A DNA stretch of 64,000 nucleotides, from assembly GCA_964526745.1 (NCBI GenBank), contig CAZGMQ010000002.1, positions 1,604-65,603 of the forward strand, read 5' to 3'. This DNA is from an uncultured Verrucomicrobiota bacterium (GTDB lineage Bacteria > Verrucomicrobiota > Kiritimatiellia > CAIQIC01 > Lenti-01). Below, in pieces: positions 57,201 through 64,000 of the stretch. The notes under the pieces are model-generated. The model was not told the DNA's origin and did not search any database. It saw only the letters and a program-made list of their open reading frames with translations. Numbering within the stretch: position 1 is the first letter of the stretch; every line of letters begins with the position of its first letter. Both the position numbers and the translations under genes were made by a program.

Positions 57201-57797
57201 GAGCATCAGGAACTGGAGGAACGATTCGCATTCCTGAGCCAGCAGAACGACGATCTCGTGAATGCCAAGCAGCAGTTGATGGAACTCATCCGCAAGATCA
57301 ACGAAACCACAACAACGCTGTTTATTGAGACCTTCAACAAGGTGAATGACAACTTCCAGGTGTTGTTCAAGCAGCTCTTTGGCGGCGGCAATGCGAAGCT
57401 GGTGCTGATAGATGAAGAGAATGTACTGGAATCGGGCATTGAAATCATTGCCCGGCCTCCCGGCAAGAAACTGCAGACCGTCTCACTCCTTTCCGGTGGT
57501 GAGCGTACCCTGACCGCGGTGGCGCTGCTGTTCTCCCTGTTCAAGGTCAAGCCCAGCGCATTCTGCCTCACGGATGAGCTGGATGCGGCGCTGGATGACA
57601 GCAATATCACGCGCTATCTTGAGATGCTGAAGGGTTTCCTGGAGGAGACCCAGTTCATCATCATTACGCACAACCGGCAGACGATCGGTTCGGCCGATGC
57701 GCTCTACGGGGTGACAATGGAGAAGCAGGGTATCTCGAAGATCGTCTCGGTGAAATTCCGCGGAGACGAAGAGGAGCCGGCCAAGGATTCAGCCTAG
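54222..57797 (+). CDS. smc: chromosome segregation protein SMC
   Basis: GTG start after [25 protein letters not shown]...[29 protein letters not shown]. Long coiled coils, hinge. C-terminal [18 protein letters not shown]...DELDAALD. Confidence 0.9.
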   Translation: [1191 protein letters not shown]

Positions 57798-57808
57798 GTC
57801 CTGAAGGG

Positions 57809-57850
57809 TTTTCCATGGTGTGGAAAACTTTTTTCCACAGTATGGAGAAA
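57809..57850. terminator. overlapping AT-rich hairpins TTTTCCA-TGGTG-TGGAAAA and TTTCCACAGTATGGAGAAA with T-runs on both strands
   Basis: Lies between convergent smc (+) and GIY-YIG (-) genes. Same TTTCCA/TGGAAA stem type as 48684-48753. Confidence 0.45.
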
Positions 57851-57906
57851 TGGGGAAATTATCTGGCGGGGCTTGCGGCCCGAAGTGACAGCATGATTTG
57901 CCGAAT

Positions 57907-58146
57907 CTAGAAATGTCGTTTAGCGAATGTAAACCCGGATCCGGTTTTCAGATATCGCTCGAATGCAGCCGCTTTCTCTTTATCGTTGAAAGCCATTGCC
58001 GTCTCCGGCTTCCATGGCCGATATCTGGATGTGTAGGGAGAGCCGCCTGAGTTATGCTTAGCCAGTCTCGCTTTGAGGTCATTCGTCAGCCCGATATATC
58101 TTTCTTCAGGGGCTATTTGGCGTCTGATGATATAGACCGACCACAT
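57907..58146 (-). CDS. GIY-YIG nuclease family protein (small, URI-domain only)
   Basis: MWSVYIIRRQIAPEERYIGLTNDLKARLAKHN. Adjacent to a tRNA gene. Confidence 0.7.
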   Translation of the reverse strand: MWSVYIIRRQIAPEERYIGLTNDLKARLAKHNSGGSPYTSRYRPWKPETAMAFNDKEKAAAFERYLKTGSGFTFAKRHF

Positions 58147-58259
58147 AAATCGAGTATAGCGTGTGTCGTCCCCCTTCGCCAAGCCTACGGGGGGACACCC
58201 TTCGCGCCTTTTGATTATGTCTGGGGTGGCTTGCCACCCGTAGCGCGTAGCGCGAAGGG

Positions 58260-58336
58260 TGGTGGGCGATGAGGGATTCGAACCCCCGACATTCTGCGTG
58301 TAAAGCAGACGCTCTAACCAGCTGAGCTAATCGCCC
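58260..58336 (-). tRNA. tRNA-Val (anticodon TAC), CCA encoded
   Basis: Minus-strand reading GGGCGATTAGCTCAGCTGGTTAGAGCGTCTGCTTTACACGCAGAATGTCGGGGGTTCGAATCCCTCATCGCCCACCA. 7-bp acceptor, D-arm, anticodon loop TTTACAC, T-arm GGGGGTTCGAATCCCTC. Confidence 0.9.
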
Positions 58337-58384
58337 GGAAAATCCTGCATACCATATGCCAGAGAAGCGTCGGGTGCAATCCTG

Positions 58385-59332
58385 TTGTCTCTGAAAATTT
58401 TGCAGGGTAGACTGGTCCCCATGAGAACTCCCAACCTGACCACGGGCCTGGATTATCGGCGGCGGATCTGTCAGGCCATGAATTTCATTAGTGCAAACCT
58501 AGACAGGGACCCGACCCTGGAGGAAATTGCGCAGGCCGCTCACTTTTCGGCCTTTCACTTCCATCGCATCTTTAAAGCAGTGACCGGGGAGACCGTGTTT
58601 GGATTCCTGCGGCGTCTCCGGCTGGAGTGGGCCGCCAACCGGCTGCTGGGCCGTCCCCTGGAGGATATCACCACCGTGGCCATGGACTGCGGGTTTTCCA
58701 GTTCCCAGAACTTTGCGAAGGCCTTCCGGAACCGATTTGGAGAGAGTCCGACGGAGTTCCGCCAGAGCAAGGATGGAAACACAGCGAGCAAGGAGGGAGA
58801 CGCCTGTTCTCTGCATGTAGGGGATGATGCGGGAAGGGTGAAGTGGGTTTCACCGCAACCTGAAAGGAAAGTCGAAATGAAAGCAGCAATTAAAGAGATG
58901 CCGGAATGGCACGTGGCGTATATCCGGAAACTGGGTGCCTATGGGAAGGAAACCTGTGAGGCGGCCTTCGGGGAGTTGATGGGCTGGGCGGGACCCAAAG
59001 GACTGGTGGGCCAGAGTCCGATACTCGGTGTCTACTGGGATAACCCGGAAGTGACCGCACCGGAGAAGTGCCGTGTGGATGCCTGTCTAGTCGTGCCTTC
59101 CGACACGCTCGTGGATGCTCCACTGGCTGTGCAGGATCTTGCTGCCGGGTCCTATGCGGTGTGCGAATTCAGTCTACCGATGACCGACTTTGGTTTGGCC
59201 TGGGAGGAGGCCTTCCGCTGGGTGATTGAAGGTGGCTATGAGTGCGCCGAACAGCCGTGCTACGAAATCTATCACGATGACTGCAGCGGCCCGACCTGCC
59301 GATTCGATATCTGCATTCCGCTGAAGAAATAG
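58385..59332 (+). CDS. AraC-family transcriptional regulator with GyrI-like effector-binding domain
   Basis: HTH_AraC FSAFHFHRIFKAVTGETVFGFLRRLRLEWAANRL. C-terminal GyrI-like (EMPEWHVAYIRKLGAYGK...). Alternative start at 58421. Confidence 0.8.
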   Translation: MSLKILQGRLVPMRTPNLTTGLDYRRRICQAMNFISANLDRDPTLEEIAQAAHFSAFHFHRIFKAVTGETVFGFLRRLRLEWAANRLLGRPLEDITTVAMDCGFSSSQNFAKAFRNRFGESPTEFRQSKDGNTASKEGDACSLHVGDDAGRVKWVSPQPERKVEMKAAIKEMPEWHVAYIRKLGAYGKETCEAAFGELMGWAGPKGLVGQSPILGVYWDNPEVTAPEKCRVDACLVVPSDTLVDAPLAVQDLAAGSYAVCEFSLPMTDFGLAWEEAFRWVIEGGYECAEQPCYEIYHDDCSGPTCRFDICIPLKK

Positions 59333-59354
59333 ATCGGGCATTTCCGAAAACAAA

Positions 59355-59386
59355 AAGGCCCGCCAAAAGGCGGGCTTCTTTTGTGG
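59355..59386. terminator. bidirectional rho-independent terminator GGCCCGCC-AAAA-GGCGGGC flanked by T-runs
   Basis: Plus strand stem then TTCTTTTGT. Minus strand stem then TTTTTGTTTT. Lies between convergent genes. Confidence 0.7.
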
Positions 59387-59403
59387 GCGAGTCCGATGAG
59401 TTC

Positions 59404-60066
59404 TCAGTCCACGCTGCAGATGATTGCTGAATTCACCAAGTTGCTGAAGATGGAGTTGGCCGCATTGGCATCCTTGAGGGTGACCACGTGGCCGTCGAGA
59501 TAGAGGACATTGCGGACATTTTCCCCGTGGTTGTCATCCTTGGTTATGGGGTTCATATTGCCGGGTTTGGCCGGGCCGTAATCCCGCTTGTTAGATTCAT
59601 CAGCGAGAACCGGGGCGAGGGCGGGACTTTCCGGTGTATTCATCAGATTGTAGCCGGAAATATACATGTAGCTGCAATTGCCGATAGAATGAAAGGTCCC
59701 GGCATCGGTGGCAACCGTGATGGGCGTGTTGCCTTGATCAATCTTGTCGCTTGGGCAGACCCAGAGACGAAGGTCGGCGACATAGTTGGTGACTAGAGGA
59801 ACAATCTCGTTAAGGGAGGCTACTTCCAAAAAGCTTGCCCCAGGACCTATGCCCGGTAGGTCGTTTATATGCGGCAATTCTCCTTGGTTGTCACTGGCAT
59901 AGCCCAGAAAGGTCACGCCTAAGCTCTTCAAGTTGTTGGCGCAGGAGGACCGCTGCGCCATCTCAACGCCTTTCATGGTAGCGGGGATCAGGATCGCAGC
60001 GAGGATGGCAATGATGGCGATGACCACAAGCAACTCGATCAGGGTGAATGCGATTTTCTTTTTCAT
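59404..60066 (-). CDS. prepilin-type N-terminal cleavage/methylation domain protein with DUF1559 (H-X9-DG) domain
   Basis: [26 protein letters not shown] pseudopilin leader. C-terminal LYLDGHV motif typical of DUF1559. Confidence 0.8.
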   Translation of the reverse strand: MKKKIAFTLIELLVVIAIIAILAAILIPATMKGVEMAQRSSCANNLKSLGVTFLGYASDNQGELPHINDLPGIGPGASFLEVASLNEIVPLVTNYVADLRLWVCPSDKIDQGNTPITVATDAGTFHSIGNCSYMYISGYNLMNTPESPALAPVLADESNKRDYGPAKPGNMNPITKDDNHGENVRNVLYLDGHVVTLKDANAANSIFSNLVNSAIICSVD

Positions 60067-60086
60067 GATGAACTTTCTTGTTGTGC

Positions 60087-63029
60087 CTAGGGATTGACGA
60101 AAGAATTGAGGAAGGCCTTCCAATTTGCATTCGGAGAATACCAGGTTTCTGTGGTTTCTCCATCAAGGTATCCCTTGAAGACCCATTCAACGTTAACTGT
60201 GGCATTGGAGGGGATTGTTAGGGAGCATTCCCAGATCGTGCCGGCCGTTTTTGTCATAGAATAATCAGTCCATGGGTCTGGCGGGAACCCTAGATGAGTG
60301 AGGACATTTGTAGCGGTTTCCAGTGTGGTGCCCGCCGTGTCAAAGGTCAGGCTGAAGAGTTCGTTGGTGATCGGCTGGTCCGGCGTCCAGGTGGCTCCGG
60401 CTCCCCCGCGGATGGCTTTGAGATTGTCTCCGCCCAGCCAGGTATCCCCGCTACGGACCTGATACTCAATGACATCTTCGACGCCTGCGAGGGGCAGATC
60501 AACCATCCAGTTCGCATCGCCGAGGAACGTCATCGGGAATCCATCGCCCCAGGCAGCAAAGGGTCCGGTGATGGCCAAGTTCCGGTGGCCTTGTACATCA
60601 TAATTCATCTGGTTGAAATAGATTCGTGCAGTCGTTGCAGTGGCCGGGATGAAGCTGGGGGTCCAGTAGCTCGGGATTGGATCTGGTTCCAGCCCGGCGT
60701 ATGCTGCATAGAATTCCTTGATGCCGGAGGCATCTGGAACGTCTGCTGACCACTGAGCGACACCGCCGTTGGTGGAGATGCGAGTGGCACGGATGCCGTA
60801 GTCGGCATACCCTTCGACATTTTCCATCACATTGGAGGAAACGCGGATACCGTGAGATCCTTCAGTCAGTACATTTTCGAATTCGACAACCGGAGTGGCT
60901 CCCGTATACACCACGCCATTCAATACAGGGGCATTGGAAGGAGGCGGCGGGGGGATATTTTCATTGTCCCACAGGAACGGATCCAGAACGATCCGGCTGG
61001 CTTCATCGGGGTCAACCACATAGTATTCAATATTACTTGAGGGGCTTTCATAGTGGTTGCTCCCATCGGTCAAGGCATAGAATTTATAGATGAAACTGCG
61101 CGGCGACCGACCGTTTTCCCAACCATAGCCGATATAGGGTTCGGTTGATGAATTACCGCCAACGAGCGAATAGGGACTTCCCGGCTCTATTGTGGAATCG
61201 ATCCCATCGGTGGCGAAAGTCCACAGCCGGGAATAGATTCCGTCGTCGGCCGTGGTGTCACCAAGGGTGCCGTCATCGACAAGCTCGATGCCGGCATCGG
61301 TCCAACCCAGATAGATGCTGCCGGGGAAATCAGAGGCGTCCGGGCCGTCTTCCCCAGTGCTGTTAAATCCGCGCAGCGGATCGGATCCCATGACCATGAT
61401 GCGGGCGAGGTTGTCCCGCTTGCGCAGGGACAGATCGAGCTGGAAAAGGATTTCACGATCGACGCGGACGCCCGCATCGCCCCGTCGGGCATCCTGATAG
61501 AGTTGGGTTTGGGCCGTGGGAAGATTGGTATCAGCGGGATTCCGCAGGGGATACGCTGCCGCACCCAGATAATCCACCACCGTTTGGGGCGACCCATTGG
61601 TATTCAACTGGAGGGGGCGGGAGGCATCGGCAAACTCGGTGAGGCGGATGGCTTCGTAGTTATTGGTGCCGTAGATGATGCCCGTATACTTGTACTGCAG
61701 GTCGGTGGGCGAGCCCGGGGGGAAGGTCACATCGGCCGAAGCCCATCCGTTGGAGCCGGGAATAGCGGCCAGCGGTGTGGTTTGGACGGGGGGCGTTCCC
61801 CACTCGAGCGGAAGGGAGGATCCGTTCACAAAGAAACCGGAGGGGCGGGCATGATCGGCGCTGACGCCCATGCCGGAGTTCGTATTGACCTGGAAGGTCA
61901 CCGTCACGGATGAGGGAATCCCGCTTGCCGCAGGCTCAAGACAAAATTCAGTTATACGTAAATTGGATGAGAGGTCTTCGACGCCCGCCGCGACAACAGA
62001 AACTAGATTGGTGTCCGCAATCGGGGAGGCCAGTCCGAGCAGAACCCCATAGGAGCCTTGAGCAACGGCCGTGAGAGGTTCCACGCCGCCCACCCACCAG
62101 TTGGGCGTATGTTCCACGGTGGCGGTGGAAACGGGTTCATTAAATGCCACATAGATGGAGGACCCTCCTGCGGCACCGCTGGCGGCGGTGATATAGGGAC
62201 CGTTGACATCGCCGCCAAGCATGTCGGGGATGCCGTTGGTGTCGGTGTCGAGTTCCACATCCAGATAGGTAGCTGCGGTGACCACCCCGTTGGTAAAGTC
62301 TTCGACCACCTGATTCGGAATAGTATCGGGAGAGCTGTATACACTAGCCGGGTCGTTGTTGTGAATGCCGGCGAGGAGACGGAGGCTGGCCCCGCGCGGG
62401 ACGATTTCATTGGTTTCCACGGTGCCAAAGCGGTTGGTGTTATAGAGCTCAGACCAGGGGATGCGCACTTCGAAGCCTTTCAGCGGACAGGCGGTCGCAT
62501 CGTTCAGGCTCGCCATATCTACAGGATTTCCCGTTGGCATGGAACCGTTCCCGGAATCGAAGAGTGAATCTGTATTGTTGGTGCTCGGGGCTAGGTCGCC
62601 ATCATACAAAATGCGAATGGCATTATTATAGAATCCTTCGCTGGCCACCATGTAATCGAGGCCGAAGGTGCCGCCGTTGACCCAGCCGTAATCATTATAC
62701 TGGATGTAGTCCGGAAGCACACTGGTCCAGTTGGTCGTGGTGGTGGCGCCGGTGCCTGCGCCGGGGTCCACATCGATCAGGACAACCAGTTTGTTGTTGT
62801 CGGCCTGCCACGCCTGAAGGGCGACATAGACGTAATTGGAATCCCATGTGACAAAGAGGTTGGTCAGCGTTCCGTTGACGCCCCAGGTGGAGGCCCCTAC
62901 AAAGCTGCCTCGCAGATCGGTCGTATCATATTCGATGGGCTTGCCGTCGAGGATCGCGGTGTTGGCCGGCGTGCCGAATGTGAGAGATGCCAGTGTGATC
63001 AAGACGCAGAATAAAAACGTTTTTTTCAT
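60087..63029 (-). CDS. large secreted protein of unknown function (~980 aa)
   Basis: Signal peptide [19 protein letters not shown]. Thr/Gly/Asn-rich beta modules. Aromatic-rich C-terminal module [26 protein letters not shown]. Confidence 0.65.
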   Translation of the reverse strand: MKKTFLFCVLITLASLTFGTPANTAILDGKPIEYDTTDLRGSFVGASTWGVNGTLTNLFVTWDSNYVYVALQAWQADNNKLVVLIDVDPGAGTGATTTTNWTSVLPDYIQYNDYGWVNGGTFGLDYMVASEGFYNNAIRILYDGDLAPSTNNTDSLFDSGNGSMPTGNPVDMASLNDATACPLKGFEVRIPWSELYNTNRFGTVETNEIVPRGASLRLLAGIHNNDPASVYSSPDTIPNQVVEDFTNGVVTAATYLDVELDTDTNGIPDMLGGDVNGPYITAASGAAGGSSIYVAFNEPVSTATVEHTPNWWVGGVEPLTAVAQGSYGVLLGLASPIADTNLVSVVAAGVEDLSSNLRITEFCLEPAASGIPSSVTVTFQVNTNSGMGVSADHARPSGFFVNGSSLPLEWGTPPVQTTPLAAIPGSNGWASADVTFPPGSPTDLQYKYTGIIYGTNNYEAIRLTEFADASRPLQLNTNGSPQTVVDYLGAAAYPLRNPADTNLPTAQTQLYQDARRGDAGVRVDREILFQLDLSLRKRDNLARIMVMGSDPLRGFNSTGEDGPDASDFPGSIYLGWTDAGIELVDDGTLGDTTADDGIYSRLWTFATDGIDSTIEPGSPYSLVGGNSSTEPYIGYGWENGRSPRSFIYKFYALTDGSNHYESPSSNIEYYVVDPDEASRIVLDPFLWDNENIPPPPPSNAPVLNGVVYTGATPVVEFENVLTEGSHGIRVSSNVMENVEGYADYGIRATRISTNGGVAQWSADVPDASGIKEFYAAYAGLEPDPIPSYWTPSFIPATATTARIYFNQMNYDVQGHRNLAITGPFAAWGDGFPMTFLGDANWMVDLPLAGVEDVIEYQVRSGDTWLGGDNLKAIRGGAGATWTPDQPITNELFSLTFDTAGTTLETATNVLTHLGFPPDPWTDYSMTKTAGTIWECSLTIPSNATVNVEWVFKGYLDGETTETWYSPNANWKAFLNSFVNP

Positions 63030-63285
63030 GAGTGCCTCCAAGCAGTTTCACTAAATATACACCGCTCTACGCGCGGACAAAAGCGGAAACCATCAAAAAG
63101 AGAATGCCATGGATTTCAGGGCGTTTTCCGGCGGCATCCGCTTCAGAAGAGTCCGAAAATCGATCCAAACGTTACAAAACCGGTCAAAACACCCCGAGTT
63201 GGGACATTTTTGATCGAAATGGAATCCGTTTGACTGAACTCGAGCCTGTTTTGTTGAAAGAGGGGGGCGTTCAGGCTGGAGGCGG

Positions 63286-63504
63286 CTAATTACACCCGCA
63301 CCCACCGCCGCCGACACCACGGCCGCCGGCGGCGGCTTCGCGGGTGAAATAGACATGTTCATGCAGCGTTTCTTCCAGCGGATCGCGATCAGGACGCATG
63401 GTGTAGTCGGCGAGTGTGCCGCGCTGGTAGGGCTTCACTGTGGCGCAGCCGGAACCGAGGAGGATTCCACCGAGGAGAAGGAGTGTCCAGCAACGGTTCT
63501 TCAT
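63286..63504 (-). CDS. DUF4266-family lipoprotein
   Basis: LLLLGGILLGSGCATVKPYQRGTLADYTMRPDRDPLEE...GGRGVGGGGCGCN matches the DUF4266 signature (lipobox, C-terminal GGGCGCN). Confidence 0.7.
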   Translation of the reverse strand: MKNRCWTLLLLGGILLGSGCATVKPYQRGTLADYTMRPDRDPLEETLHEHVYFTREAAAGGRGVGGGGCGCN

Positions 63505-63986
63505 GGGGCACCTCCTGACTTCAGCGCGAGGAGTTCCTTGATCTGCTCCTCATATTCTTCAGGAGTGGATTCCGCATGAAACCCCGTATGGACGTAGCGG
63601 ATCACGCCTTGAGCATCGATAAGGAAAGAGGTGGGCATGGCTTCGATCCCCGCCGCTTCCACCAGTTGCTGGGCGGTGTCCCGCACCACCGGAAAGGGGA
63701 CGGGGTTATCCTTCAGGAACTGATCCATCTGTGCCGGATTTTCATCGACGCTGACGGCCAGAACAATCAATCCCTGTCCGGCATATTTTTTGTGCAGATC
63801 GATAAGAACGGGAAAGGATTTTTTGCATGGGGTGCACCAGGAAGCCCAGAAATCGAGCAGCACAACTTGATCCGCGAGATCAGGCGCCGGGTTTGATAAT
63901 TGGACCCCGGATAGATCAGGGAGGGGGTCTCCGGCTTTCCATTGTCCGAAGGACGTCCCGGCCAGCAGGCCAATCAGGACGAGCAT
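63501..63986 (-). CDS. TlpA-family thiol:disulfide oxidoreductase (thioredoxin-like, WCTPC)
   Basis: LLDFWASWCTPCKKSFPVLIDLHKKYAGQGLIVLAVSVDE. 4-nt overlap with the DUF4266 gene. Confidence 0.8.
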   Translation of the reverse strand: MLVLIGLLAGTSFGQWKAGDPLPDLSGVQLSNPAPDLADQVVLLDFWASWCTPCKKSFPVLIDLHKKYAGQGLIVLAVSVDENPAQMDQFLKDNPVPFPVVRDTAQQLVEAAGIEAMPTSFLIDAQGVIRYVHTGFHAESTPEEYEEQIKELLALKSGGAP

Positions 63987-64000
63987 CAGTGTCCATTTAT

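Noticed and set aside
63054-63289. 85-aa plus-strand ORF in the spacer before the DUF4266 gene
   Set aside because: Lies in a low-GC intergenic spacer. No SD. Composition unlike neighbouring genes.
1-64000. CRISPR arrays, rRNA genes, IS elements/transposases, integrases
   Set aside because: No regularly spaced direct repeats. No rRNA-like conserved stretches. No transposase or integrase-like ORFs in any frame.

Overview
This is a high-GC (~60%) bacterial chromosomal segment. The gene content suggests a member of the PVC superphylum (Verrucomicrobiota/Kiritimatiellota/Planctomycetota-like): a DUF1559 H-X9-DG pseudopilin, an SHD1 domain, multiple ECF sigma/anti-sigma modules, large secreted beta-helix proteins, and lysine/alanine-rich extensions on ribosomal proteins. 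This taxonomic placement is my inference from gene content only.

The first 19.6 kb is one co-directional ribosomal-protein supercluster (str/S10/spc/alpha), fusA through rplQ, about 33 genes, ending in a clear intrinsic terminator. Unusual points in it:
- A 780-bp AT-rich region with phased T-tracts upstream of fusA, with no rpsL/rpsG/tuf.
- A 249-aa membrane-anchored coiled-coil ORF inserted between rpsS and rplV.
- rpmD (L30) is absent.
- Zn-type S14 with a TTG start.
- S11 carries a ~105-aa N-terminal KAPAKE tandem-repeat extension.
- L17 carries a lysine-rich C-terminal tail.

Downstream the window is mostly accessory:
- A frameshifted SHD1-thioredoxin pseudogene.
- An ECF sigma / anti-sigma / periplasmic coiled-coil operon.
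- Two tandem giant secreted beta-helix proteins that share a C-terminal module, separated by a tRNA-like T-arm fragment.
- A signal-peptide-bearing HNH nuclease.
- A second ECF sigma with an anti-sigma-VWA-DUF3520 fusion.
- A SAM methyltransferase and a TenA-family protein.
- A polyprenyl-phosphate glycan module (WbaP-like transferase, GT2, small membrane protein, lipoprotein).
- An AddAB-like helicase-nuclease pair.
- mnmA, an AI-2E transporter, a YihY-family protein, a UvrD-family helicase and a FadL-like outer membrane protein.
- A response regulator / GH20 hexosaminidase / secreted protein / membrane protein operon.
- smc, a GIY-YIG protein beside tRNA-Val(TAC), an AraC/GyrI-like regulator, a DUF1559 pseudopilin and a ~980-aa secreted protein.
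- A DUF4266 lipoprotein and a TlpA-like oxidoreductase at the end.

I saw no CRISPR array, rRNA or obvious transposase. The strongest candidates for novelty are the operon-embedded ORF in the S10 cluster, the ECF-flanked beta-helix/HNH secreted-protein island, and the low-complexity extensions of S11 and L17.
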